Source of the DNA: Candidatus Omnitrophota bacterium
GTDB taxonomy: Bacteria; Omnitrophota; Gorgyraeia; Duberdicusellales; 4484-171
DNA length: 64,000 nt
Assembly: GCA_018826075.1 (NCBI GenBank)
Contig: JAHKAJ010000014.1
Span: 20,066 to 84,065, forward strand
Direction of reading: 5' to 3'
Below are positions 1 to 11,304 of the stretch, piece after piece (the stretch's first letter is position 1; every line of letters begins with the position of its first letter). Made by a program: the position numbers and the translations under genes. The notes under the pieces were generated by a model, which was given only the letters and a program-made list of their open reading frames with translations, had not been told where the DNA came from and made no database searches.

Positions 1-706
1 GCAGTTTTAAACTTCCCTTTTGGTATTGACTTTCAAGTTCAGTCTGGCGCAAAACATGTAAAACATGAAACTTTACTCCCTGGATATCCAGATTAGCGAT
101 GCGTTCGGTATCCTCGGCTATTTGCTGATCGCTGGAACCCGGTAAACCGAAAATCAAATGAGCCCCTACGTTGATGCCGTATTTTCTGGTTAAAGCCAAA
201 GCTGCCAAAAAATCCTCATAGCTATGATTGCGGTTGATCGAAGTTAAAACCGGATTTTGGGTAGTTTGCAGGCCATATTCGATCCAAACCAGGTAATCCC
301 TGGCATAACCGGCAATAAGTTTGATCTTTTCCTCATCAACACAATCCGGCCGGGTGGAAATAAATAAACCACAAACTTGAGGAAACTCTTTTATCAAATC
401 ATAGCTTTCTTTTAAAGTCCGGCAATCAGCATAAGTGTTGGAAAAAGCCTGAAAATAAGCAATAAATTTTTTTACCCCCAGGCGCTTAGTATAAAATTCA
501 ATCGAATCGGCTATCTGCTGACGCAGGTCAAGGCCGGTTTCAGCAAAACGGGAAAAACCTTTGTTATTACAATAAACACAACCCCGTCGGCTTTTGGCTC
601 CGTCAAGGTTAGGGCAGGCAAAGCCGGCATTCAGGCTTATCCGCTGAACCCGTTCTCCGAAAATTTTGCGTAAATAAATATTGAATGAATAATATCGTTC
701 GTTCAT
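1..706 (-). CDS. Radical SAM protein, TIGR01212/YhcC-like, C-terminus runs off the window (partial)
   Basis: Minus-strand translation from the ATG at 706 gives MNERYYSFNIYLRKIFGERVQRISLNAGFACPNLDGAKSRRGCVYCNN..., with the atypical Cys cluster of this family. The frame stays open to coordinate 1. Confidence 0.65.
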   Translation of the reverse strand, partial: MNERYYSFNIYLRKIFGERVQRISLNAGFACPNLDGAKSRRGCVYCNNKGFSRFAETGLDLRQQIADSIEFYTKRLGVKKFIAYFQAFSNTYADCRTLKESYDLIKEFPQVCGLFISTRPDCVDEEKIKLIAGYARDYLVWIEYGLQTTQNPVLTSINRNHSYEDFLAALALTRKYGINVGAHLIFGLPGSSDQQIAEDTERIANLDIQGVKFHVLHVLRQTELESQYQKGSLKL

Positions 707-718
707 TGACCTATTACA

Positions 719-1246
719 CTACTTCCGGCTGTAAATACAGCCACAATAATCCTGTCGGTAAAGCTCTAAGGTTTTCGCTGCTTGGAGAGTTTTTTTAAAC
801 CCGTCATTTTTCTTAAAATCCAGGGCTAAAAACTTATCGCCGCCGATATCCTTTCCGATTTCAAAGATAAGTTCACTGTTCTTATGCGGGCTGACCGTCA
901 AAGTAGTAGTAAAATAATCGTAGTCTTTCTCAGCGGCCACCAACCTGGCCTGCTCCAGGCGCATCCGATAGCAAGAACTACAGCGCAAGCCGCCTTCCTT
1001 CTCGGCAGCGTAGGCCTGATGAATCTTCAACCAGTCAAAAATCGGATAGCTGCTTGGTTCAAGCATTATACCACTAGTTTCAGCAACTTTTTCCACGGCC
1101 TGTTTACGCTTGGAATATTCAGGGTAAGGATGAATGTTGGGGTTAAAAAACAAACCGCCTACTTGGAAACTTTCCTGGCGCAACTTTTCTATACAATAAA
1201 CTGCACAGATGCCGCAACAAATATGTAATAAAACCTTTTTCATCAT
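719..1246 (-). CDS. queH: Epoxyqueuosine reductase QueH (DUF208)
   Basis: 175 aa. LLHICCGICAVYCIEKL N-terminal Cys motif and a CSSCYRMRLE motif typical of QueH. Confidence 0.7.
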   Translation of the reverse strand: MMKKVLLHICCGICAVYCIEKLRQESFQVGGLFFNPNIHPYPEYSKRKQAVEKVAETSGIMLEPSSYPIFDWLKIHQAYAAEKEGGLRCSSCYRMRLEQARLVAAEKDYDYFTTTLTVSPHKNSELIFEIGKDIGGDKFLALDFKKNDGFKKTLQAAKTLELYRQDYCGCIYSRK

Positions 1247-2046
1247 TAAAGGGAAAAATACTCTTTGATAGTAATAAAGTTTACTTTTTCCTTTAACCGG
1301 GAAATTTTCCGCTTAAGGGCTTTTAAGGTATTTGGCCGGGGGTGAGCGATGATAATCATCTTGCCTTTGTCCTGGGCTTTTCCAGCCAGCTCCTCAATCT
1401 GTTTTTCGATATGCTCAAGGTCATCCAGCCCGTCAAGAAAGCCTTGATTGTAGCCGCAGGTCAGGCCGCTTCTCTGGCAAACGTCGTAGGCAACCGAATC
1501 CAGTGATGTCCGGCTGTCAACATAAACCAACCCTTTATTTTTTATTTTTTTCATCAAAAAAGCCATAAATTGGTAATCCTCGGTGGCTTTTGAACCCATA
1601 TGGTTATTGACTCCGACAGCAACCCTTAAGGAGTTAAGATAATCACGCAGTAAAGCTTCATTTTCCCGCTGGCTTAGATCCGGGCTTAAAAAACGATAAC
1701 GTTTGGACTGATATTTTTCACCTTGTTTCGGCTCCAGGGGCAGATGGATAAATACCGAAAAACCGCAGCGGGAAGCGATGTTAGCGATATTCTTGGAAAA
1801 TTTAAGATTAGGGATGATCGAGACTGTAAGCGGAACATCCAATGAATAAAGCTCCCGCAGGTCACTAAGGCTTTCACCAAGATCGTCGATGATCAAAGCC
1901 ACTGAAGGCTTAAGGTCATCGGACTGCTGGCTGTTTAAAAGCGACATGGTTTTAGAGCGGTTTTTATCTTTATTCAAAGTGCTGTAAAAAACTATCGGTA
2001 TGACAATAAGAACAAAAAAAATGAGGCCGCGTATAATTCTAGCCAT
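1246..2046 (-). CDS. Divergent polysaccharide deacetylase family protein (YibQ-like)
   Basis: 266 aa with an N-terminal TM segment. The ALIIDDLGES...PLTVSIIP...NHMGS motif pattern matches the YibQ family. Confidence 0.55.
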   Translation of the reverse strand: MARIIRGLIFFVLIVIPIVFYSTLNKDKNRSKTMSLLNSQQSDDLKPSVALIIDDLGESLSDLRELYSLDVPLTVSIIPNLKFSKNIANIASRCGFSVFIHLPLEPKQGEKYQSKRYRFLSPDLSQRENEALLRDYLNSLRVAVGVNNHMGSKATEDYQFMAFLMKKIKNKGLVYVDSRTSLDSVAYDVCQRSGLTCGYNQGFLDGLDDLEHIEKQIEELAGKAQDKGKMIIIAHPRPNTLKALKRKISRLKEKVNFITIKEYFSL

Positions 2047-2668
2047 TGGTTATTTTGACTAACTCCTGATAGGAAGCCTGCGGGTCAGGGCTTTGCAGCA
2101 CGGCACTGCCCACGCAGATATAATCAACTCCGCTTGATTTTATCAACCGAGCATTGGAAAGCTTGACCCCGCCGTCGATCCCGGTCAGACAATCGGGATA
2201 TTTAGTTTTAAATTTCTTTATTTTTTCCAGGACTCCAGGGATAAACTGCGCCCCGTAAAAACCGGGGTTAACCGACATAAACAGAACCGTATCAACCTCA
2301 TCCAGAAGATACTCAAAATCTTTGATTGCGGTATCAGGATTAACGGCCAGGCCGGCTTTTAGGCCGTTTTTTTTGATTTCAGAAATCAGAGCTGAATGAT
2401 CCTTTTTTATTTCAAAATGATAGATGAGTTTTTCGGCTCCTAAAGCTTTAAAAGCCGCAAGCCACTCCAGGGGATCAGCGACCATTAGATGAGCCTCGCT
2501 CCTCACCGGGATGTTAAGGCCTTTTAAATCATCTAAACTCAAGCTTTTAGAAGGAACAAAAATACCGTCCATGATGTCGATCTGAACAAAATCACAAAAA
2601 CCCGAACAAACCTCAAGCATCTGGATAAGCTTATTCTTTTTATCAGTAAGTAGTGCTGGGACGATCAT
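2039..2668 (-). CDS. rpe: Ribulose-phosphate 3-epimerase
   Basis: Motifs DIMDGIFVP, HLMV, MSVNPGFYGAQFIP and IDGGVK align with the Rpe catalytic residues. Confidence 0.8.
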   Translation of the reverse strand: MIVPALLTDKKNKLIQMLEVCSGFCDFVQIDIMDGIFVPSKSLSLDDLKGLNIPVRSEAHLMVADPLEWLAAFKALGAEKLIYHFEIKKDHSALISEIKKNGLKAGLAVNPDTAIKDFEYLLDEVDTVLFMSVNPGFYGAQFIPGVLEKIKKFKTKYPDCLTGIDGGVKLSNARLIKSSGVDYICVGSAVLQSPDPQASYQELVKITNG

Positions 2669-3831
2669 TTCTTAAAATACTCCTTTAACCGGCTGATTAT
2701 TTTTTGGTTGGGCCGGTAATTCTCAGTTTTCCAAAAATCAACCATCGCTTTTTTGTTCTTTGACCATTGTTTAAAATAAGTCTCCCAACCGTATTCCGGG
2801 CCCTCCCTCTGGACAAACCGAGAATTATCAAGATACTGATAGAGACCGTCAGGAAAACAAGCCTGCGAAACCGCCTTATAAGTCCAATAAGTATATTCGA
2901 AGCCAAAACTTTCAAAGGCCGAAAGCATACCCTCTAACCAATCCAACTCTCCCCAACAACCTCCCCGCCAGTTGATCCCGAACTCTCCGACAAAGATCTT
3001 AACTTTATTTTTAAGTGAAAATTTATAATAGGGTTCGAGATATTTGTAGATTCTTTTTTTATCCCAGGCTAAGCCTTCGATTTTTCCGGGAAATTTAGAA
3101 AAGCGGTTAAAATTGAATGTGTAGCTTAACGGCAAATAAGTATGAATACTGATCGCAACATTCTCCGAAATAAGGCCGGATAAAAAATCTATTTCTTGAG
3201 CCCAGTTATCTCCTTCAATATAAATCGTATGTTTTTTATCGATCTGGCGAATGCGCTTGATGACCTGGGAATAGAAGTTAACTAGATTTTTGGGCGGGAC
3301 TTTTCCCAATACTGGCTCATTTAAAAGGTCATAACCGGCCAGGGCCGGTTCATCCTTAAACCGCTGGCTGAGTTTTTCCCACAAACGATAAGTTCTCTGA
3401 CGGTATGCTTCTTTTTCCCACAAACCAGCCCGGCCGTCACTATCGCTATGCCAATCATAATTTTGAGCACCGGCTGCGGCATGTAGATCCAGGATTATTC
3501 CCAGGTTGTATTTTTTGGCCCAGGAAAAGGCTTTAGCTAAATAGCTAAAACCTTTTTCCGAATAACGGTTAGGTTTAGGCTCTATCAAGCGGCAATTAAA
3601 GGGGAGGCGCACCACCGAAGCCTGCATATCGGCAATATTCTTAAAGTCGGCTTCAGTTATGTAATTATCCCGAAAAAAGGTTTGGAATCTTTCCAGTTCT
3701 TTTTGGCCGTAAAGGCTTTTAAATCTTCGTTTAAAAATATGCTCTGGGATATTGCGGCCGCCGAGGATATAACCCTCCATCAGAAGCCAGCTGCCTAAGT
3801 TTACGCCTTTGACCTTTTTAACTGCCATCAT
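2665..3831 (-). CDS. Glycoside hydrolase family 5 protein (cellulase/mannanase-like), no signal peptide
   Basis: 388 aa. LLNEP (acid/base Glu) and GEFG (nucleophile Glu) motifs. ATGA start/stop overlap with the downstream gene. Confidence 0.65.
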   Translation of the reverse strand: MMAVKKVKGVNLGSWLLMEGYILGGRNIPEHIFKRRFKSLYGQKELERFQTFFRDNYITEADFKNIADMQASVVRLPFNCRLIEPKPNRYSEKGFSYLAKAFSWAKKYNLGIILDLHAAAGAQNYDWHSDSDGRAGLWEKEAYRQRTYRLWEKLSQRFKDEPALAGYDLLNEPVLGKVPPKNLVNFYSQVIKRIRQIDKKHTIYIEGDNWAQEIDFLSGLISENVAISIHTYLPLSYTFNFNRFSKFPGKIEGLAWDKKRIYKYLEPYYKFSLKNKVKIFVGEFGINWRGGCWGELDWLEGMLSAFESFGFEYTYWTYKAVSQACFPDGLYQYLDNSRFVQREGPEYGWETYFKQWSKNKKAMVDFWKTENYRPNQKIISRLKEYFKK

Positions 3832-4127
3832 ATTTTCCAGGGCATTTTCAAATATTGTTTATAGGCACAAATATGGTCATTTTTCCAGTAAGTATGCAAT
3901 ATTTCCTTGACCAAAACGCAGTCAAATTCCTCACCGTTGACAGTTTTCTTGAGGCCAAAGCGCTGGGGATAGATCGTGCAGTAAAACCCGCTTTTAGCAT
4001 CACCTTTCAGGTGCTGACAGGGGTCGTCATAGGCTCCACAGCAGCCGCCGCAGCGGCGGCAAAGCCCTTCCCATTTCTTTTCCTGGCCCAGGAGAGCCTC
4101 TTGATACTCGATATAGCTTTTATTCAT
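3828..4127 (-). CDS. YkgJ-family Cys-cluster protein (putative zinc/iron-chelating domain, CxxCxxCC)
   Basis: 99 aa with CRRCGGCCGAYDDPCQHL and further Cys residues. Confidence 0.55.
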   Translation of the reverse strand: MNKSYIEYQEALLGQEKKWEGLCRRCGGCCGAYDDPCQHLKGDAKSGFYCTIYPQRFGLKKTVNGEEFDCVLVKEILHTYWKNDHICAYKQYLKMPWKI

Positions 4128-4172
4128 AAGGGGGCTATTATATCAAAATTCCCGCGGATTTCAAAGGAAGGT

Positions 4173-4224
4173 AACAGCTAAACCCCCGGGGTTTAAATAT
4201 CCCAACCCCGGGGGTTTAGCTGTT
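4173..4224. terminator. Long perfect inverted repeat (about 21-bp arms around a CCCCCGGGGG core) between convergent hppA and the ykgJ-like gene; likely intrinsic terminator
   Basis: AACAGCTAAACCCCCGGGGTT ... AACCCCGGGGGTTTAGCTGTT, followed on plus by AGTTTTTATTT. It lies 5 nt beyond the hppA stop codon (4230..4232). Confidence 0.5.
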
Positions 4225-4229
4225 AGTTT

Positions 4230-6341
4230 TTATTTAAAAAGGCTGTAGCTGATGATCAAGCCGCTAAAAACGATTGAGACCATGGACATCAGCTTGATCA
4301 GGATGTTTAACGAGGGGCCGGCAGTATCTTTAAACGGATCACCCACAGTGTCCCCGCAAACTGCGGCCCTATGCGAGTCAGAACCCTTACCGCCGTGATT
4401 TCCTTCTTCGATATATTTCTTGGCATTGTCCCAGGCGCCGCCGGAATTAGCCATGAACACCGCCAGAACAAACCCAGAAGCCAAGGCTCCCACCAGGAGG
4501 CCGATCTCCCCTCTTACCCCTAAAAGCATTCCAGTGGCTATCGGAGCAATGATCGCTAGAAGAGAAGGAATTATCATCTGGTGTTGAGCAGCTTTGGTGG
4601 TCAAGGCAACGCAAGTTGAATAATCAGCTTCAGCTTTACCCTCAAGCAGGCCTTTTATCTGGCGAAATTGACGGCGGACTTCTTCGATTATCGCTGCGGC
4701 TGCCCGGCTGACTGCCCGCAAAGACAGAGCGCAAAAAATAAACGGCAGCATTGCTCCGATAAAAATACCGACAATTACATTTGGATCGAATAAACTTACA
4801 TCCATTGAAACCTTAATGCCCAGGCGAAGAGCTTCATTGATGATGTGGTCCCGGTAAGCAACGATAAGAGCTAAGGCCGTAAGGGCCGCTGAACCAATAG
4901 CAAACCCCTTTCCGGTGGCGGCAGTAGTATTACCCAAAGAATCAAGCTGATCAGTCCTACGACGAACCTCTTTGGGAAGCTGAGCCATTTGGGCTACGCC
5001 GCCGGCATTATCAGCCACCGGCCCGTAAGCATCGGTTGCCAAAGTTATCCCTAAAGTAGAAAGCATGCCTACCGCCGATATACCGACTCCGTAAAGGCCC
5101 ATCCCGAAATCGTTGAAACCGCCGCTGATCGCAAAACTTCCCAGGATCGCGCAGCCGACGGCAAGAACTGCACCTACCGGCGAAAGCATTCCCAAAGCAA
5201 TCCCCTCGATGATCAGGGTAGCCGGGCCGGTTTTTGAAGACCGCGCTAAGTCACGGGTCGGCCGATAGCCGGCTGAAGTAAAAAACTCGGTAAACTGGCC
5301 GATGACTACACCAGTCAAAAGCCCGATCACCACTGAACCAAAAACACCTAAATATTTTTTACCCAAAACATAATAAACAATTAAAAAAGAAAACAAAATC
5401 ACCAACCCTGAAGCTGTCCAGACTCCTCGGCGCAAAGCTCTCAATAGATCTTTCTGGGTTGCCTCTTCTTTAGTCTTGACAAAAAAGAAACCGATCAAGG
5501 ATGCAGCTACACCGCAGGTGGCCATCAGCAGCGGGGTGATCGCTCCTTTCAGGCCTAACCCGGCTGCTGCTGCCAGAGCCATGGTAGCCACGATAGAATC
5601 AACATAAGATTCATAAAGATCAGCCCCCATACCGGCAACATCACCGACATTGTCGCCGACCAAATCTGCGATTACCGCCGGATTCCTGGGGTCATCTTCA
5701 GGGATCCCGGCTTCAACCTTGCCGACCAGATCAGCGCCGACATCTGCAGCCTTAGTATATATTCCGCCGCCTAAACGGGCAAACAGGGCATAGCTTGATG
5801 CCCCCATTCCAAAACAAAGCATAGTCGAAGTGACCGCGGTCAAAAGAGCATCGCCGGATAAAGGCTGATGCACCGTATAATACCATTTTAAAATAACAAA
5901 CCAGGTAGCCATTTCCAGTAAACCCAATCCCACCACCATCAAACCCATTACGGTTCCGGCGCTAAAAGCTAAACGCAGGCCCCGGTTCAAACTGATACTG
6001 GCAGCCTGGGTAGTGCGGGAATTTGATTTTGTAGCTACGTACATCCCCAACCAGCCGCAGAAACCACTGAAAAGGCCTCCGGTAAGAAAGGCAAAGGGAA
6101 CAAAGATGACTAAAAAACCCTTCAAGGCCATGGCCAAAAGGACAAGGAAAACCAAAACAAAGAAAATCGAAACCACTTTATACTGCTGTTTTAGATACCC
6201 TTTTGCGCCCTGAAAAATATAGCCGGATATCTTCTGCATAGTCTCATTACCGGCTGGTTGACGAAAAATCCAGCGGATCAGAAAACCGCAAAAAGCTATA
6301 GCCAGAAACGCTCCCAGGAAGACAAAAATAATTGCATCCAT
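4230..6341 (-). CDS. hppA: Membrane-bound K+/H+ (or Na+) translocating pyrophosphatase
   Basis: 703 aa and polytopic. Motifs [44 protein letters not shown]. Confidence 0.9.
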   Translation of the reverse strand: MDAIIFVFLGAFLAIAFCGFLIRWIFRQPAGNETMQKISGYIFQGAKGYLKQQYKVVSIFFVLVFLVLLAMALKGFLVIFVPFAFLTGGLFSGFCGWLGMYVATKSNSRTTQAASISLNRGLRLAFSAGTVMGLMVVGLGLLEMATWFVILKWYYTVHQPLSGDALLTAVTSTMLCFGMGASSYALFARLGGGIYTKAADVGADLVGKVEAGIPEDDPRNPAVIADLVGDNVGDVAGMGADLYESYVDSIVATMALAAAAGLGLKGAITPLLMATCGVAASLIGFFFVKTKEEATQKDLLRALRRGVWTASGLVILFSFLIVYYVLGKKYLGVFGSVVIGLLTGVVIGQFTEFFTSAGYRPTRDLARSSKTGPATLIIEGIALGMLSPVGAVLAVGCAILGSFAISGGFNDFGMGLYGVGISAVGMLSTLGITLATDAYGPVADNAGGVAQMAQLPKEVRRRTDQLDSLGNTTAATGKGFAIGSAALTALALIVAYRDHIINEALRLGIKVSMDVSLFDPNVIVGIFIGAMLPFIFCALSLRAVSRAAAAIIEEVRRQFRQIKGLLEGKAEADYSTCVALTTKAAQHQMIIPSLLAIIAPIATGMLLGVRGEIGLLVGALASGFVLAVFMANSGGAWDNAKKYIEEGNHGGKGSDSHRAAVCGDTVGDPFKDTAGPSLNILIKLMSMVSIVFSGLIISYSLFK

Positions 6342-6351
6342 TTTTTACCCC

Positions 6352-7632
<1,281 letters not shown>

Positions 7633-7643
7633 TTAAAAATCTA

Positions 7644-8252
7644 TTATTTCTTTTTACTAGCCTTGGTCGGAACTATGACTTCATCGACGATACCATACTT
7701 CTTAGCTTCCGCAGCACTCATAAAATAATCCCGGTCAGTATCCTGCTGGATTTTTTCGATCGGTTGCCCGGTATGTTGTGACAATATCTCGTTAACTCTC
7801 TCTCTCAGCCTTAAGATCTCTTTAGTTTGGCGGGAAATATCTTCAGCCGTACCCTGAACGCCTCCCCAGGGCTGATGAATCATGATCCGGGAATTAGGCA
7901 AAGTATAACGTTTATCCTTTACCCCGGCACAAAGCAGCATAGCCCCCATCGAAGATGCCTGGCCTACACAATAAGTGGCCACATCGCATTTGACAAATTG
8001 CATAGTATCATAGATCGCCATTCCGGCGGTGATAGCCCCTCCGGGAGTATTGATATAGATCCCGATATCTTTATTAACATCTTCCATCTGTAAAAATAAC
8101 AGCTGGGCGATCACCACATTGGCAACATTATCATCTATCGGCGTACCGATAAAGATTATCCGGTCCTTAAGAAGGCGGGAATATATATCATAGGCGCGTT
8201 CAACTCTTCCGGTCTGCTCGATCACCATCGGAACATACATCTGGTTTTTCAT
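7644..8252 (-). CDS. clpP: ATP-dependent Clp protease proteolytic subunit
   Basis: 202 aa. [11 protein letters not shown] with the catalytic Ser, and IMIHQP with the His. Confidence 0.9.
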   Translation of the reverse strand: MKNQMYVPMVIEQTGRVERAYDIYSRLLKDRIIFIGTPIDDNVANVVIAQLLFLQMEDVNKDIGIYINTPGGAITAGMAIYDTMQFVKCDVATYCVGQASSMGAMLLCAGVKDKRYTLPNSRIMIHQPWGGVQGTAEDISRQTKEILRLRERVNEILSQHTGQPIEKIQQDTDRDYFMSAAEAKKYGIVDEVIVPTKASKKK

Positions 8253-8266
8253 GACAACCTCCCTTT

Positions 8267-9154
8267 TTATTCGTATTGGGCTTGGCTCAAAATAAATCCA
8301 AAAACCACTTCGGCTGAATTATCCTGTTGTTTTATGCCTTCCTTGCAACGGACCGCCTCAAGGACATAACTTAGCTTTATTTCACTTTCGGCTAAGGGCA
8401 TAAGCTTCTGGCTTAAGTCTTGCTTATACTTATCCAGATCCTCATCGCTGATACCCTGCGTACGCAAGTTGTAGGTTTCCCGCTCAAGTAAATGCTGATG
8501 ATAGTGCTCTAGCTCACTTTTAGGTATTTCGAAATTCACTGACTTCAGCAATTGAGAACGAATCTGCTGTTCGATCTTCTGCTTGCGCTCACGCAGCTTT
8601 TCAACGAACAGCTGGTTATTTATGGCTTCCCGGAAAGCGGCAGCATCAGGATAAGAAGCCCAACGGGATAACTGCTGATCATCCAGATCCTGTTCAGTGA
8701 CTTTCTTGACCCCGTCCTTGAGGTTAGTGATTACTTTTTCTACTTCTTCGGGCTTGACCTGGATTTTTTTATCCTTGATCTTTATTCCTTTATAAGCAGT
8801 CTCCTTGATCTCGACCTCCGGCCTTGACTCAAAACTGGCTAAAAAAGACAGGCTTTGTTCGGTAAGCTCGACTTCGGAAATCTCCGGATAGCCGGCGGCG
8901 CTTAATTTTTCCTGTTCTAAAGCCTGACGGTAAAATTTAGGCAGGATCTGTTTTAGCAGCTCCTCCTTAAGAAAAGCCTGGTGGTGTTTTTCTAAAATAT
9001 CCAAAGGCGCAGTTCCCGGACGAAAACCGGGAACTTTCAGGCTTTTTGAGCAAGCCTGATAAGTCTCTTTTTTTTCTTGCAAAAACTCCTCGCCGTTTAC
9101 CTGGATCTTTAATTTGCGTTTAAGTTTATCGATCTTTTTTACTTCTACTTTCAT
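8267..9154 (-). CDS. tig: Trigger factor, short form without the PPIase domain
   Basis: N-terminal ribosome-binding signature GFRPGTAP. C-terminal chaperone-arm-like region. Only 295 aa and no FKBP segment. Confidence 0.6.
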   Translation of the reverse strand: MKVEVKKIDKLKRKLKIQVNGEEFLQEKKETYQACSKSLKVPGFRPGTAPLDILEKHHQAFLKEELLKQILPKFYRQALEQEKLSAAGYPEISEVELTEQSLSFLASFESRPEVEIKETAYKGIKIKDKKIQVKPEEVEKVITNLKDGVKKVTEQDLDDQQLSRWASYPDAAAFREAINNQLFVEKLRERKQKIEQQIRSQLLKSVNFEIPKSELEHYHQHLLERETYNLRTQGISDEDLDKYKQDLSQKLMPLAESEIKLSYVLEAVRCKEGIKQQDNSAEVVFGFILSQAQYE

Positions 9155-9178
9155 TTTATCTCCGATCTTAGTTGTTTT

Positions 9179-9901
9179 TTACATCCTGAAATCTTTACCT
9201 AAATAAACCTCGCGGGCCCCGGTGTGATTGATCAACTCCTCAGCAGTCCCCGAAATCAGGATCTTACCTTCGGAAATCAAATAGGCTCTGTCGGTGATCG
9301 AAAGGGTTTCTCTTACATTATGATCAGTCACCAGGATCCCGATACCTTTACGTTTCAACTCGGAAATTATTTCTTTGGCTTCGCCGACCACGATCGGATC
9401 AATTCCCGAAAACGGTTCATCCAAAAGAAGAAAAGAAGGATTAGTAACTAAAGCCCGGGTGATCTCCAGTCGCCGCATTTCTCCGCCGCTTAAAGTATAG
9501 GCTTTGCTGCGGCGTAAATGGGTTATATTCAACTCTTTAAGCAAAGACTCCAAACGTCTTAAGCGTTCTGAACGAACCAAGGGCAGAGTCTCTAAAACCG
9601 CCATGATATTTTCTTCGACGCTGAGCTTGCGAAATACCGAAGGGTCCTGGGAAAGATAGCCGATCCCGAACTTAGCCCGGGTATGGATCGGATAAGAGGT
9701 TATTTCCTGATTATCAAAAGTTATTTTGCCGGCATCAGGAGCGATTATCCCCACCACCATATAAAAAGTGGTAGTTTTTCCGGCGCCATTGGGCCCGAGA
9801 AGCCCGACGATCTCGCCTCTTCTTACTGAAAGAGAAACCCCTTTGACTACTGTTTTTGAACCGTAGGATTTGGTCAGATTATTTACTTCTAGAAGCCGCA
9901 T
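9179..9901 (-). CDS. lptB: LPS export ABC transporter ATP-binding protein LptB
   Basis: Walker A GPNGAGKTT, LSGGE signature, Walker B LLLDEP. Sits in the kds-lpt context. Confidence 0.8.
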   Translation of the reverse strand: MRLLEVNNLTKSYGSKTVVKGVSLSVRRGEIVGLLGPNGAGKTTTFYMVVGIIAPDAGKITFDNQEITSYPIHTRAKFGIGYLSQDPSVFRKLSVEENIMAVLETLPLVRSERLRRLESLLKELNITHLRRSKAYTLSGGEMRRLEITRALVTNPSFLLLDEPFSGIDPIVVGEAKEIISELKRKGIGILVTDHNVRETLSITDRAYLISEGKILISGTAEELINHTGAREVYLGKDFRM

Positions 9902-9908
9902 ATTTTAA

Positions 9909-10712
9909 TTAAAAGCCTCCCAGGCTGTCTTGGCCTTCTTGAGGGTAATAGATCAACCGCGGCCTTCCTTCCAAAACAAGTTTATCTTCTTTTCCCAGGT
10001 AAGTCGCCAACTCGGCATAAGTCTCACTACCCTCTCTGAGTATTTTTACGTTTCCTTCGGAAACTATTTTAATTATGGTTTTTGTCTCGGGATCAAAATA
10101 AAGCGTTGATTTGTCGGAGAAAACCTGGCCCTGGGTATGAGTAACCACTACGTTCTCATTGAAAACCGCTTTACCCTGGCTGTATTCGATTTCCAAAGGG
10201 CCGCTGCAGGTAGCGGTAATCGGAATTTTAGTCTCCTGGTCAGGAATGGTGACTTCAACGTCTTGTTTAAAATCTGCTTCTTTCATCTCAGTATCTGCCG
10301 ACATACCCTTGGCGGTTATTTCCATAGTATCACGGGTAGCCTTGACCCAATCCTCGGTTTCGATCAGATTTTTGGCCTTTTGCCAGCTCAAAGAATCGGT
10401 AATGATCCTGACTCCGTCCTTATTCTCTATATTAACGTTCTTTTCCAAATAGATATCCAGACTTTTACGGTCCAGGCGAGCCTTATCAGAACTGATATCG
10501 ATAGTATCATCCTCCAGATAATAATGGGCTTTCATCGCCTCGATATCGACATAATCATCATAGACCAAAGCATCAGTACCGCGCACTTCCCAATCGAAAG
10601 TTCCGTCTTCTTTAAAGTTAGAAAGATAGAAATCCTTGATACTCTGTTGAGAATAAGCCTCGCTGTTTAAAGCGGCGGAAAGTAACAGCATTATTATAAA
10701 AAATATTTTCAT
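9909..10712 (-). CDS. OstA-like periplasmic protein of the LptA/LptC family
   Basis: 267 aa with a signal peptide, predicted beta-rich. Positioned between kdsC and lptB, as lptC/lptA are in E. coli. Confidence 0.4.
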   Translation of the reverse strand: MKIFFIIMLLLSAALNSEAYSQQSIKDFYLSNFKEDGTFDWEVRGTDALVYDDYVDIEAMKAHYYLEDDTIDISSDKARLDRKSLDIYLEKNVNIENKDGVRIITDSLSWQKAKNLIETEDWVKATRDTMEITAKGMSADTEMKEADFKQDVEVTIPDQETKIPITATCSGPLEIEYSQGKAVFNENVVVTHTQGQVFSDKSTLYFDPETKTIIKIVSEGNVKILREGSETYAELATYLGKEDKLVLEGRPRLIYYPQEGQDSLGGF

Positions 10713-10767
10713 AAACAGCCTAATATACCAAATCAGCCGATAAAGTCAATTGATTAAGTCAAAAATC

Positions 10768-11301
10768 CTATTTAAAATTTTTAAGAAATGCGTAAATCTG
10801 CTTCTTCAACCCCTGGTGTTGAATGATCAAATCGATTACTTCCCTGACCGCTCCCTGGCCGCCTTTTTTGACGGTAACATAATCAGCGGCCTTTCTGACG
10901 TCCGACGACGAATCGCTAACGGCGATACCTAAGCCTACGGCTTTGATCATGCCTAGATCGATCAGGTCGTCACCGACAAAACAGATCTGGTCGGCTTTTA
11001 GCCTATATTTAGTCTTAAGATAGTTAAGGGCTTTTTCCTTGGGCAGTAAACCACCGATTACTTCGACAACCCTCATATCATCAGCTCTTTTTTTCAAAAT
11101 AGCTGAATTCCGGGCTGAAAGCAGCACGGTTTTTATGCCGGCTTTGCCGAGCAGAAAAATACCCAGGCCGTCTTTAACGTTGAAGCTTTTGGATTCCCGG
11201 CCTAAGGTATCATAGATGATCTCCCCACCGGTCAATACTCCGTCAACGTCAAGCACCAACAGCCTGACTTTCTTAAATAGTTTCGCTATATTTTTATTCA
11301 T
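10768..11301 (-). CDS. kdsC: Kdo-8-phosphate phosphatase (HAD-IIIA)
   Basis: LLVLDVDGVLTGG HAD motif I, 177 aa, kds cluster. Confidence 0.75.
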   Translation of the reverse strand: MNKNIAKLFKKVRLLVLDVDGVLTGGEIIYDTLGRESKSFNVKDGLGIFLLGKAGIKTVLLSARNSAILKKRADDMRVVEVIGGLLPKEKALNYLKTKYRLKADQICFVGDDLIDLGMIKAVGLGIAVSDSSSDVRKAADYVTVKKGGQGAVREVIDLIIQHQGLKKQIYAFLKNFK

Positions 11302-11304
11302 CTC

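Noticed and set aside
3855-4181. A 108-aa plus-strand ORF with an Ala run
   Set aside because: It is antisense to the ykgJ-like Cys-cluster gene. The GC-rich Cys-codon tract reads as poly-Ala on the opposite strand.
10137-10670. Two plus-strand ORFs (177 and 97 aa) inside the lptA/C-like gene
   Set aside because: These are overlapping antisense shadow ORFs. The minus-strand signal-peptide protein fits the kds-lpt synteny.
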